NCBI GenBank assembly: GCA_041584475.1 | Contig: JBFHDX010000003.1 | Coordinates: forward strand, 12,621-76,620 | DNA: 64,000 bases | From: Alphaproteobacteria bacterium | Lineage (GTDB): Bacteria > Pseudomonadota > Alphaproteobacteria > UBA8366 > JADFVY01 | Direction of reading: 5' to 3' | Shown here: in pieces, positions 52,030-61,192 of the stretch | Numbering within the stretch: position 1 is the stretch's first letter | Layout of the letters: every line of letters starts with the position of its first letter | Notes under the pieces: model-generated | Told to the model about the DNA's origin: nothing | Seen by the model: only the letters and a program-made list of their open reading frames with translations | Database searches by the model: none | Position numbers and translations under genes: made by a program

Positions 52030-52848
52030 ATGGGCCCCTTCCAGTTCCCCGACTTCGACCCGGTGGCAATCCACATCGGACCGCTTGCGATCCGGTGGTA
52101 TGCCCTGGCCTATGTGGTCGCCCTGCTTGCGGGCTGGCGCTACTGCATGCGGTTGGCCAAACGGCCGCCGCAGCTGGTCACGCCGCTCCAGGTCGACGAT
52201 TTCCTGGTCTGGGCGACGCTGGGCGTGATTCTCGGCGGGCGGCTCGGGTTCGTGCTGTTCTACCAACCCGGCTACTTCGTCGCCAACCCGTTGGAAATCG
52301 TCAAGATCTGGAAGGGCGGCATGTCGTTCCATGGCGGATTGCTGGGGGTGCTGCTGGCGATGCTGGTCTATGCGCGACGCCAGGGGATCATGTTGCTGGC
52401 GCTGGCCGACCTCGTCACCGCGGCGACGCCGATCGGCCTGTTCCTGGGCCGCATCGCGAACTTCGTCAACGGGGAACTGTGGGGCCGCACGACCGATGTT
52501 CCCTGGGGCGTGATCTTCCCGCGCGCGAGCAGCGAGCCGCGCCACCCGAGCCAGCTCTATGAAGCCGGGCTCGAGGGCATCGTCCTGTTCGTCGTCCTCG
52601 CTGCCCTGATATTCAGCCCCGTCCAGGCGCTGCGGCGGCCCGGGCTGGTATCCGGCGTCTTTCTCGCCGGCTACGGCGCAGCCCGGGTTTTCGTCGAATT
52701 CTTCCGCCAGCCCGACCCCTTTCTCGGGTCGGGCGGCTTCCTCGCGTTCGGGACGACGTGGGGCCAATGGTTGTCGCTGCCGCTGGTGATCGGCGGGATC
52801 TACCTGATCGCCCGCGCGTTTCGCCGCGCGCCGGAATACGGCGCGTGA
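52030..52848 (+). CDS. lgt: Prolipoprotein diacylglyceryl transferase
   Basis: The ATG at 52030 (MGPFQFPDFDPVAIHIGPLAIRWYALAY) is in frame inside track ORF 51532-52848. Motifs are GGMSFHGGLLG and GRIANFVNGELWGR. Confidence 0.93.
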   Translation: MGPFQFPDFDPVAIHIGPLAIRWYALAYVVALLAGWRYCMRLAKRPPQLVTPLQVDDFLVWATLGVILGGRLGFVLFYQPGYFVANPLEIVKIWKGGMSFHGGLLGVLLAMLVYARRQGIMLLALADLVTAATPIGLFLGRIANFVNGELWGRTTDVPWGVIFPRASSEPRHPSQLYEAGLEGIVLFVVLAALIFSPVQALRRPGLVSGVFLAGYGAARVFVEFFRQPDPFLGSGGFLAFGTTWGQWLSLPLVIGGIYLIARAFRRAPEYGA

Positions 52849-53957
52849 CGGCGCCGCTTGCGGACGTCCTGCGCCGGCGAATCCGGCACGCCGGCCCGAT
52901 CAGCATCGCGGAATTCATGACCGAATCGTTGGCCCACCCCGAGCACGGCTATTACATGACGCGCGACCCACTCGGCGTCGCCGGTGATTTCGTCACGGCC
53001 CCGGAAATCAGCCAGATGTTCGGCGAGCTGATCGGTCTCTGGTGTGCCGAGATCTGGCGCACTGCGCTCGGGCGCGACCGGGTCCGCCTGATCGAGCTCG
53101 GGCCCGGCCGCGGCACGCTGATGGCCGATGCGCTGCGCGCAGCGCGACTGGCCCCCGGATTTCTCGACGCCGCAACGGTCCATCTGGTCGAGGTCAGTCC
53201 GGCGCTCGCCGCGGCACAGCGGCAAACATTGCCCGATCACGAGCTGCATTGGCACGCGAACTTCGCCGATGTACCGGCTGGTCCCGTCATCCTGATCGCA
53301 AACGAGTTCTTCGACGCGCTGCCCGTGCACCAGCTGCAATGGACCGGTGAGGCGTGGTGCGAACGCATGGTCGGTCTGGCCGAGGACGGCCTCTCGTTTC
53401 GGCTCTGTCTCGCCCCGGGGGCCTCGTCGCTCGAGCCGTTGCTGCCGCCGCCGTTGCGGGCGCATGCGCGCGCGGGCGATGTCGCCGAGATCTCCCCGGC
53501 GCGCATCGGCTGCATCGCGGACATCGCGCGGCGCATCGTCTCCGAAGGCGGCGTCGCCTTGATCATCGACTACGGCCATCTGCGCAGCGCCGCGGGCGAG
53601 ACGCTGCAGGCGGTCCGCGGACACCGGCGCCACGAACCGCTGCAGGATCCCGGCACCGCAGACCTCACCGCCCATGTCGATTTCGCGGCGCTGGCGGCGG
53701 CGGCCGGAAGGGCCGGGGCCAGTGTGCACGGGCCGATCGAGCAGGGCGCGTTCCTGCAGCGACTCGGTGTCGGCGTGCGGGCTGAAGGGCTGTGTCGTGC
53801 GGCGCCGTCCCGGGCACGGGAAATACGTGCCGCTTGCCATCGCTTGATTGCGCCGGACGAAATGGGCACGCTGTTCAAGGTTATGGCCGTGGCTGTACCG
53901 GATGCTCCGGTCCCGCCGGGATTTGGCACCGTTCGCGAGGACACGACGATCGCATGA
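52845..53957 (+). CDS. Class I SAM-dependent methyltransferase, MidA/NDUFAF7 (DUF185) family
   Basis: The GTG at 52845 overlaps the lgt stop (GTGA). Motifs are FMTESLAHPEHGYYMTRDPLGVAGDFVTAPEISQMFGELIG, ELGPGRGTLMAD and IANEFFDALPVHQ. Confidence 0.85.
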   Translation: MTAPLADVLRRRIRHAGPISIAEFMTESLAHPEHGYYMTRDPLGVAGDFVTAPEISQMFGELIGLWCAEIWRTALGRDRVRLIELGPGRGTLMADALRAARLAPGFLDAATVHLVEVSPALAAAQRQTLPDHELHWHANFADVPAGPVILIANEFFDALPVHQLQWTGEAWCERMVGLAEDGLSFRLCLAPGASSLEPLLPPPLRAHARAGDVAEISPARIGCIADIARRIVSEGGVALIIDYGHLRSAAGETLQAVRGHRRHEPLQDPGTADLTAHVDFAALAAAAGRAGASVHGPIEQGAFLQRLGVGVRAEGLCRAAPSRAREIRAACHRLIAPDEMGTLFKVMAVAVPDAPVPPGFGTVREDTTIA

Positions 53958-54751
53958 CCGAACCTCATCCGCCGCGCATCACGGATCCGGTCCTGGCTGC
54001 CTGCGACGGCGTCAGCCACGCCTTCTTCACGCGGGCGGGCGGCGTCAGCAACGGCGTCTACGCCTCGCTCAACGTCGGGTACGGATCAGGGGATGCACGC
54101 GACAACGTCGGCGAGAACCGCCGTCGTGCGATGGCTTGCCTCGACTGCCCGCCGACGGCCTTGACCACGCTCTATCAGACACACAGCGCCGATGCCGTTG
54201 TCGTCGACCGCATCTGGGAGCCGTCCGACGCGCCGCGCGCCGATGGCATGGTCACCGACCGGCCGGGGATCGTTCTCGGAATCCTGACGGCGGACTGCGC
54301 GCCCGTGCTGCTGGCGGGCACGACGCCGGACGGCGGCCCGGTGATCGGCGCCGCCCACGCGGGCTGGCGCGGTGCCCTGGCGGGCGTGCTCGACGCGACG
54401 GTTGCGGTGATGGAGCGCCTCGGCGCGAGCCCGGAGTGCATCCGGGCCGCGGTCGGCCCCTGCATCGGCGCCCGTTCCTACGAGGTAGGGCCGGAATTCG
54501 CGCCGCCGTTTCTCGACCAGGATCCCGAGAATGCGCGCTTCTTCTCGGCGGGCAAGCGTGCGGGCCACCCGTATTTCGATCTCGCCGGCTACGTCGCGCA
54601 TCGGCTTGCCCGTTGCGGCATTCGCGAGGTCGGGCGCATCGAGGCGGATACCTGCGCCGACGAAGCGCGTTTCTTCAGTTACCGGCGGACGACACTCGCC
54701 AACGAGGCCGATTACGGGCGCGAGCTGTCGGCCGTGGTGATCGACGCATGA
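53954..54751 (+). CDS. pgeF: Peptidoglycan editing factor PgeF (YfiH/DUF152, laccase-domain protein)
   Basis: The ATG at 53954 overlaps the upstream stop (ATGA). Motifs are HAFFTRAGGVS, LTADCAPVLL, AHAGWRG and CT-type end FFSYRR. Confidence 0.87.
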   Translation: MTEPHPPRITDPVLAACDGVSHAFFTRAGGVSNGVYASLNVGYGSGDARDNVGENRRRAMACLDCPPTALTTLYQTHSADAVVVDRIWEPSDAPRADGMVTDRPGIVLGILTADCAPVLLAGTTPDGGPVIGAAHAGWRGALAGVLDATVAVMERLGASPECIRAAVGPCIGARSYEVGPEFAPPFLDQDPENARFFSAGKRAGHPYFDLAGYVAHRLARCGIREVGRIEADTCADEARFFSYRRTTLANEADYGRELSAVVIDA

Positions 54752-54766
54752 CGGGGGAAGAGCGAC

Positions 54767-55948
54767 ATGTCAGGTGCGACCCATCTGCATTTCAGCGAGG
54801 CCGAACTGGCCGGCCGCCGCGACCGTGCGGCCGCCGCCATGCAGCGTCGGGGGCTGGACGGGCTGCTGATGTTTCGGCAGGAGAGCATGTACTGGCTCAC
54901 CGGATACGATACCTTCGGGTACGTGTTCTTCCAGTGTCTCTACCTGGGAGCCGACGGCAGGATGTTGCTGCTGACGCGCGCGCCCGACCTGCGTCAGGCC
55001 CTGTTCACGTCGGTGATCCCGCGCGATCACATTCACATCTGGGCGGATCGCGAGGGGGCCGATCCGATCGCCGAGCTCAAGGCCCTGCTCGGCGAGGAGG
55101 GGTGCGAGGGAGGACGCCTCGGCGTCGAGTGGGACTCGTACGGCCTCAACGCCCGTAACGGTTTCCGTCTGAAGGAGGCGCTCGACGGTTTCGCGACGCT
55201 GGAGGACGCGTCCTACCTGATCAGCCGACTGCGGCTGGTGAAAAGTGCCGCCGAGCTCGACCATACGCGGCGCGCCGCCGAACTCGCCGACGCCGCGTTG
55301 GCCGAAGCGGAGGCGTTGGCGCTACCCGGTGCGTTCGAGGGCGACATCCTCGCGGCCATGCAGGGCGTGATCTTTCGCGGCGGCGGCGACGACCCGGCGA
55401 ACGAGCAGATCATCGGTTCGGGCCCCGGCGCGCTGATGTGCCGGTATTTCACCGGACGCCGCACGCTCGATGCCCGCGACCAGCTGACGCTCGAATTCGC
55501 GGGGGTGTACCGCCATTACCACGCAGCCCTCATGCGCACGATCATCGTCGGCAAGCCGCACGCGAAGCACCTGAGCATGCATGCGGCGGCGCGGGACGCC
55601 CTGCTGGCATGCGAGGACGCGCTGCGACCGGGGCGGGCCGTCGGTGACGTGTTTGATGCCCACGCCCGCGTCCTCGACGCGGCGGGACTGTCCCGGCACC
55701 GGCTCAACGCCTGCGGCTACAGCCTCGGAGCGACCTTCGCCCCGCTGTGGATGGACTGGCCCATGCTCTATCACGGCAATCCCGTCGAGGCGGCGCCGGG
55801 GATGGTGTTCTTCATCCACATCATCATCTTCGATTCCGACTCCGGCACCGCCATGACGCTGGCGCGAACGTCGCTCGTGACGGAATCGGGCTGCGAACCG
55901 CTGTCGCAGGCCTCGCTCGACCTGATCGTCAACCAGGGGGGCCGCTGA
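54767..55948 (+). CDS. M24 family metallopeptidase (Xaa-Pro aminopeptidase / creatinase-like)
   Basis: 393 aa. It has a creatinase-like N-domain (LLMFRQESMYWLTGYDT) and a pita-bread C-domain (VKSAAELDHTRRAAELADAAL...LEFAGVYRHYHAALMRT...GYSLG...GMVFFIH). Confidence 0.85.
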   Translation: MSGATHLHFSEAELAGRRDRAAAAMQRRGLDGLLMFRQESMYWLTGYDTFGYVFFQCLYLGADGRMLLLTRAPDLRQALFTSVIPRDHIHIWADREGADPIAELKALLGEEGCEGGRLGVEWDSYGLNARNGFRLKEALDGFATLEDASYLISRLRLVKSAAELDHTRRAAELADAALAEAEALALPGAFEGDILAAMQGVIFRGGGDDPANEQIIGSGPGALMCRYFTGRRTLDARDQLTLEFAGVYRHYHAALMRTIIVGKPHAKHLSMHAAARDALLACEDALRPGRAVGDVFDAHARVLDAAGLSRHRLNACGYSLGATFAPLWMDWPMLYHGNPVEAAPGMVFFIHIIIFDSDSGTAMTLARTSLVTESGCEPLSQASLDLIVNQGGR

Positions 55949-56019
55949 TGCCCCATTTGATCAACCTCATCCTCTTCACGATGCTCGCGATCGTCGTCAG
56001 CTGCACGCTCGTTCTCTAG
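55948..56019 (+). CDS. Candidate 23-aa single-TM small protein, translationally coupled to the M24 peptidase gene
   Basis: The ATG at 55948 overlaps the upstream TGA (TGATG). The product is MPHLINLILFTMLAIVVSCTLVL. 19 of the 21 non-Met sense codons end in G or C, matching genome coding bias. The stop is TAG at 56017-56019. Confidence 0.35.
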   Translation: MPHLINLILFTMLAIVVSCTLVL

Positions 56020-56172
56020 GGCGTGCCGACCCGGCCGCTTCGGCGTTTACACCGGCCCGACCGCTTGATATAGAGTGCGCGCCCTGAGCGTCGCCGGCGG
56101 CGGCAGGGGTGAGTGATTTCGGGCGCGGGGAGCGGCGACGGGCCGCACATTATCGGGTATCAGAACCAGACC

Positions 56173-57108
56173 ATGAAGATCCTCAGTGGCAACAGCAACC
56201 GGCCGCTGGCTGAAGCCATTTCCGCAAAGCTGGGCGTCCCGCTGACCGAGGCGGCGATCCGGCGCTTCTCGGATCAGGAAGTTTTCGTCGAGATCCTCGA
56301 GAACGTGCGCGGCGAGGACGTCTTCGTCGTGCAGTCGACGTGCTACCCGGCGAACGACAACCTGATGGAACTCCTCGTCATCATCGACGCGTTGCGGCGC
56401 GGCTCGGCGCGACGCATAACCGCGGTGATCCCGTATTTCGGCTATGCCCGGCAGGACCGCAAGACCGGTCCGCGCACGCCGATATCCGCAAAGCTGGTCG
56501 CCAATCTGATCACGACGGCCGGCGCCGACCGTGTGCTCACGCTCGAGCTTCATGCCGGCCAGATCCAGGGCTTCTTCGACATACCGACCGACAACCTGTT
56601 TTCGTCACCGGTATTCGCCAACCACATCGAGGCCCACAAGAAGAAGGGCAATCATCTGATCATCGTCTCGCCCGACGTCGGTGGCGTGGTGCGCGCCCGC
56701 GGAATCGCCAAGCGCCTCGAGGCGGACCTCGCGATCATCGACAAGCGGCGCGAGCGGGCCGGCGTCTCGGAGGTGATGCACATCATCGGCGAGGTCGAGG
56801 GGCGCAGCTGCATTCTCGTCGACGATATCGTCGACTCGGCCGGCACGCTGTGCAACGCGGCCGAGGCCTTGATGAAGGAGGGCGCCAAGTCGGTCTCGGC
56901 CTACGTCACGCACGGTGTCCTGTCCGGCGGCGCGGTGGCACGCGTCACCTCGTCGCCGCTGGAGGGCCTCGTGATCACGGACAGCATCCCGGCCACCGAG
57001 GCGGTGCGCGTCTCGCACAACATCATGCAGGTTTCGATCGCGCCGCTGCTGGCCGACGCCATCGAACGGATCGCAGGAGAGAAATCGGTTTCGAGCCTGT
57101 TCGACTGA
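56173..57108 (+). CDS. prs: Ribose-phosphate pyrophosphokinase
   Basis: I prefer the ATG at 56173 ([21 protein letters not shown]). Motifs are [22 protein letters not shown] and the PRPP loop [13 protein letters not shown]. Confidence 0.96.
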   Translation: MKILSGNSNRPLAEAISAKLGVPLTEAAIRRFSDQEVFVEILENVRGEDVFVVQSTCYPANDNLMELLVIIDALRRGSARRITAVIPYFGYARQDRKTGPRTPISAKLVANLITTAGADRVLTLELHAGQIQGFFDIPTDNLFSSPVFANHIEAHKKKGNHLIIVSPDVGGVVRARGIAKRLEADLAIIDKRRERAGVSEVMHIIGEVEGRSCILVDDIVDSAGTLCNAAEALMKEGAKSVSAYVTHGVLSGGAVARVTSSPLEGLVITDSIPATEAVRVSHNIMQVSIAPLLADAIERIAGEKSVSSLFD

Positions 57109-57186
57109 CCCTCGAACCAGGCCGCAAGGGCGGCGACGGCACCCCTGGAGGCCGCGCCGCATGACCCAGAAGCAAGGAGTAGGACA

Positions 57187-57867
57187 ATGAGCACAGGACG
57201 CACGATAAGCGCGGCAACGCGCGACCGGGTCGGAAAGGGGGCCGCCCGGGCCATACGTCGCGGCGGCAGGGTCCCGGCCGTGATCTATGGCGACAAGCAG
57301 GACCCCGCCTTGATCACGCTGGAACCGCGCGAGTTGCGCAAGCAGCTCGATACCGGACATTTCTTCTCGACCGTCTATTCGATCGAGGTCGCCGACGGCA
57401 AGACCGAGCGCGTGCTGCCGCGCGACTGCCAGTTCCATCCCGTGAACGGCGACGCCCTGCATGTCGATTTCCTGCGCGTCAGCAAGGCGACCCGCACCAA
57501 CGTCATGGTGCCCTGCGTCTTCCTCAACGAGGAGGAGAGCCCCGGCATCAAGCGCGGTGGCCTGCTCAACGTCGTGCGCCACGAGGTCGAGGTGATTTGC
57601 GGCGTCGACGACATTCCGGAACAGTTCGACATCGATCTGACCGGGCTCGACATCGGCGACAGCGTTCACATCAGCGATGTCGCGATTCCCGAGGGCGTCA
57701 TGCCGACCATCTCCGACCGCGACTTCACCATCGCCACCATCGCCGCCCCGACACTCGTGACCGAGGAGGAAGAGGCCGAGGAGGCCGAGGAGGAAGAAGG
57801 CGAGGAGATCGAGGGCGAGAAGGAAGGTGCCGCCGAGGAGGAGGCCGAGGAGTCCGAGGAGGACTAG
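57187..57867 (+). CDS. rplY: 50S ribosomal protein L25 / general stress protein Ctc, with long acidic C-terminal tail
   Basis: 226 aa with an AAGGAG RBS. Motifs are GKGAARAIRRGGRVPAVIYG and HPVNGDALHVDFLRV. The tail is EEEEAEEAEEEEGEEIEGEKEGAAEEEAEESEED. Confidence 0.93.
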   Translation: MSTGRTISAATRDRVGKGAARAIRRGGRVPAVIYGDKQDPALITLEPRELRKQLDTGHFFSTVYSIEVADGKTERVLPRDCQFHPVNGDALHVDFLRVSKATRTNVMVPCVFLNEEESPGIKRGGLLNVVRHEVEVICGVDDIPEQFDIDLTGLDIGDSVHISDVAIPEGVMPTISDRDFTIATIAAPTLVTEEEEAEEAEEEEGEEIEGEKEGAAEEEAEESEED

Positions 57868-57879
57868 TCGGACAGATCG

Positions 57880-58524
57880 ATGCTGCTTTTCGTCGGCCTC
57901 GGCAACCCCGGCCCGAAGTACCAGCAGAACCGGCACAATATCGGCTTCATGGCGGTGGACGAGGTCGTCCGCCGCCATTCCCTTGGGGCGTGGCGTGGGC
58001 GCTTCCACGGCCTGGCCGCGGAGGGACAGCTCGCGGGTCACAAGGTCCTGGTGCTGAAGCCGGCGACCTACATGAACGAGTCCGGCCGTGCGGTCGGCGA
58101 AGCGTTGCGTTTCTTCAAGCTTCAGCCGCCGGAGGTGATCGTCTTCCACGACGAGCTCGACCTGGTACTCGGCAAGGTCCGGGTCAAACGTGGCGGTGGC
58201 CACGCCGGCCACAACGGGCTGCGCAGCATCGATGCCCACATCGGCGACGATTTCCGACGCGTGCGCATCGGCATCGGCCATCCCGGCGACAAGGACCGGG
58301 TGCACGGTCATGTCCTGAGCGACTTTGCGAAGGCGGAGCAGGCGCTGGTCGGGCGCGTCGTCGAGGCGATCGGCGCGTGCGCCCCGCTGCTGGCGTCCGG
58401 CGACGATTCGAGCTTCATGAGCCGGGTCGCGCTGCTCGTCTTCCCGCCACCGTCGAAGCCGCAGAAGCCGGAAGCGGGCGGGGACGGTGCCGCGACGGAC
58501 GGCGAGGCGCCCGATCAGGGCTGA
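57880..58524 (+). CDS. pth: Peptidyl-tRNA hydrolase
   Basis: 214 aa. Motifs are [28 protein letters not shown] and [10 protein letters not shown]. Confidence 0.94.
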   Translation: MLLFVGLGNPGPKYQQNRHNIGFMAVDEVVRRHSLGAWRGRFHGLAAEGQLAGHKVLVLKPATYMNESGRAVGEALRFFKLQPPEVIVFHDELDLVLGKVRVKRGGGHAGHNGLRSIDAHIGDDFRRVRIGIGHPGDKDRVHGHVLSDFAKAEQALVGRVVEAIGACAPLLASGDDSSFMSRVALLVFPPPSKPQKPEAGGDGAATDGEAPDQG

Positions 58525-59249
58525 CCGGCCTGGACCTCGGCGGCCCGGGGGTCGCGTTCCGAGATGAGTCGGCCGAGTCGCTCGGAGACCGCCCGGTAGG
58601 CGGAGCCTGGCGGTTCGAGCACGAGCGGCAGCTGCGCGAGCTTGTCGGCAGCGACATCGAATTCCCCGAGCCGGCGGTGAAGATTGACGATCAGGAACTT
58701 CACGGCCCACCAGCGCTCGCTCTTCGATTGCTCGGCGCCCGTCCGGTCGTAGGCGTCGAAGACCGACAGCGCACGCCGTGCGTAATGCTTGTAGCGCGCG
58801 GTTTCGTCGTCGACTTCCCACGTCGCCTGCAGCAGCAGGAAGGCGACGACGGCCGGCTCTTCGTCGAGTTCCTCGGCCTCGTAGGCGGCCACGAAATAGT
58901 CCGTGTTGCGGGCGCGGATCTGCTGGAATTCGGGCGTCGCCACGAGGGCGCGGAAGAAGGCTATGTCGGCCTCACTGAAATTCTCCCGGTAGACGACGAA
59001 TCCGCTGTCCGGACAGACCGGTGGCGGCAGCGGTGCGACGAGCGCTCCGATCGGTTTCAGGTCGAGCTGCATGCCGAAGCGCGAATAGGAGTTGACGGTC
59101 TGCCGGGTGAATGTCTGCCCCGTCAGCGGGCAGGTCTCGGTGACCTCGCGCCACGTCAGCGCGGCCGCGGACGCGGCGAGCGCGACCAGCGCGGCGATCA
59201 ACGGCAGCAGCAGCGGCCGCCGGGCGGCGTGAGCGAGGCGGCGTGTCAT
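58515..59249 (-). CDS. Hypothetical exported protein (signal/anchor helix plus a helical-repeat-like body)
   Basis: I prefer the ATG at 59249 ([33 protein letters not shown]). Length is 244 aa with high GC3. The 3' end overlaps the convergent pth by 10 nt. Confidence 0.6.
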   Translation of the reverse strand: MTRRLAHAARRPLLLPLIAALVALAASAAALTWREVTETCPLTGQTFTRQTVNSYSRFGMQLDLKPIGALVAPLPPPVCPDSGFVVYRENFSEADIAFFRALVATPEFQQIRARNTDYFVAAYEAEELDEEPAVVAFLLLQATWEVDDETARYKHYARRALSVFDAYDRTGAEQSKSERWWAVKFLIVNLHRRLGEFDVAADKLAQLPLVLEPPGSAYRAVSERLGRLISERDPRAAEVQAGQP

Positions 59250-59385
59250 GGGTCGAGCGCCGTCGGTTGCGGGACGGCGCATTCCTGCCAGCGAATTGTG
59301 GCGGGAATCGGTATCGCCTCGCCCGCGATTGACCGTCCCGGGGCGATCGTCTAAGCAGGGCGCGTTTCGACGACCGGGATTTCCC

Positions 59386-60483
59386 ATGGGCTTCAAATGC
59401 GGCATCGTCGGCCTGCCCAACGTCGGCAAGTCGACGCTCTTCAACGCGCTCACGCAGACCGCGGCGGCCGAAGCCGCGAACTATCCGTTCTGCACGATCG
59501 AGCCGAACGTCGGCCGGGTCGCCGTGCCCGACGACCGGCTGGAAAAGCTGGCAGCGCTGGCCCGATCGGCGCAGACGATCCCGACCTTTCTCGAATTCGT
59601 CGACATCGCCGGCCTCGTGCGCGGCGCGTCGCGGGGCGAGGGTCTCGGCAACCAGTTCCTGGCCAACATCCGCGAGGTCGACGCCATCGTCCACGTGTTG
59701 CGGTGCTTCGAGGGCGAGGTGACGCACGTCGAGGGATCGGTCGATGCGGTCCGCGACGCCGAGACCGTGGAGACCGAGCTGATGCTGGCCGATCTCGAGA
59801 GCCTCGAGAGGCGGATCACGCCGCTCGAGAAACGCGCCAAGACCGGCGACCGCGAGGCAAGGATCCAGGTCGCGATCATGCAAAAGGCGCTGCAGCTGCT
59901 TCGCGCCGGACGGCCTGCCCGGGAGGCCGGCATCCCGGCGGAAGAAGTGCGGGCGTTCGCCCAGCTCCAGCTGCTGACGGCGAAACCGGTGCTCTATGTC
60001 TGCAACGTCGACGAGCAGAGCGCCGCCGCGGGCAACGCCGAGTCCCGCCGGATCGCCGAGCGGGCCGAACGGAGTGGTGCGGCGTGCGTCGACATCTCGG
60101 CGGCGATCGAAGCCGAGGTGGCGGCCCTGGAATCGGAGGCCGAGAAGGCGGAATTTCTCGCCTCGCTCGGGCTGCGCGAGACCGGCCTCGCGCGGGTGAT
60201 CCGCGCCGGCTACGCGCTCCTCGACCTGATCACGTTCTTCACCACGGGCCCCAAGGAGGCCCGCGCCTGGACCGTTCGGCGCGGGGCGAAGGCGCCGGAG
60301 GCCGCCGGCGTCATCCACAGCGACTTCGAGAAGGGTTTCATCCGGGTCGAAACCATCGCCTTCGATGATTTCGTGAAGTACGGTGGCGAGCAAGGGGCCA
60401 AGGACGCCGGCCGCATGCGTCTTGAGGGAAAGGACTACATCGTCCGTGACGGCGACGTACTGCGCTTCAGGTTCAACGTCTGA
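59386..60483 (+). CDS. ychF: Redox-regulated ribosome-binding ATPase YchF
   Basis: The ATG at 59386 (MGFKCGIVGLPNVGKSTLFNALT) is in frame in track ORF 59248-60483. Motifs are FVDIAGLV and the C-terminal TGS-like YIVRDGDVLRFRFNV. Confidence 0.96.
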   Translation: MGFKCGIVGLPNVGKSTLFNALTQTAAAEAANYPFCTIEPNVGRVAVPDDRLEKLAALARSAQTIPTFLEFVDIAGLVRGASRGEGLGNQFLANIREVDAIVHVLRCFEGEVTHVEGSVDAVRDAETVETELMLADLESLERRITPLEKRAKTGDREARIQVAIMQKALQLLRAGRPAREAGIPAEEVRAFAQLQLLTAKPVLYVCNVDEQSAAAGNAESRRIAERAERSGAACVDISAAIEAEVAALESEAEKAEFLASLGLRETGLARVIRAGYALLDLITFFTTGPKEARAWTVRRGAKAPEAAGVIHSDFEKGFIRVETIAFDDFVKYGGEQGAKDAGRMRLEGKDYIVRDGDVLRFRFNV

Positions 60484-60521
60484 GCCTTCAGCGTCGTGGC
60501 TCGTACAGGGAGGAGACGAAG

Positions 60522-61190
60522 ATGGGACAGTTCATCGCGCTTGCAGCTTCGGACAGCCATGAATTCGCAGCCTATCGGGCGGAGCCCGAGGGACCATCGC
60601 GCGGCGCCGTCGTCGTCATCCAGGAGATTTTCGGCGTCAACAGCCACATCCGCGCGGTGACCGACGGCTTCGCGGCCGAGGGTTACATCGCCGTTGCGCC
60701 GGCCCTGTTCGACCGTATCGAAGGCGGCATCGAGCTCGACTACGACCCCGACAGCGTCGCCCGCGGCCGCGAGCTCAAGGCGAAGATGGACTGGGACGGA
60801 CCGTTGCGCGACATCCGCGCAGCGGTGGAGTCGCTGGCGGGAAGCAAGGTCGCGGTCGTCGGTTACTGCTGGGGCGGCTCGCTGGCCTGGCTGGCGGCGA
60901 CGCGGTTCGAGGGGCTGGCCGCCGCGGTCTGCTATTACGGGGGACAGATCAGGGAGTTTAGCGAGGAGACGCCGCGGTGCCCGGTGCTGATGCATTTCGG
61001 CAGCCAGGACCAGGGCATCCCGCTGGCCGACGTCGAGGCGATCCGCGCGTCGCATCCGGAGCTGCCGATCCACGTCTACGAGGGGGCGGGGCACGGCTTC
61101 AACTGCGACCAGCGCGCGAGCTACGATCGCGCCGCCGCAGCGACGGCACGCCAGCGCACGATGGAGTTCCTCGCGGCGACGCTGGGCTGA
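60522..61190 (+). CDS. Dienelactone hydrolase family protein
   Basis: 222 aa with a GGGAGGAGA RBS. Motifs are GAVVVIQEIFGVN, the nucleophile elbow VGYCWGGSLA and YEGAGHGF. Confidence 0.88.
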   Translation: MGQFIALAASDSHEFAAYRAEPEGPSRGAVVVIQEIFGVNSHIRAVTDGFAAEGYIAVAPALFDRIEGGIELDYDPDSVARGRELKAKMDWDGPLRDIRAAVESLAGSKVAVVGYCWGGSLAWLAATRFEGLAAAVCYYGGQIREFSEETPRCPVLMHFGSQDQGIPLADVEAIRASHPELPIHVYEGAGHGFNCDQRASYDRAAAATARQRTMEFLAATLG

Positions 61191-61192
61191 GT

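Noticed and set aside
51526-52767. 413-aa minus-strand ORF
   Set aside because: Only the last 117 codons (from the ATG at 51879) look like a real protein (UbiK/YqiC family). The remainder is antisense to lgt.
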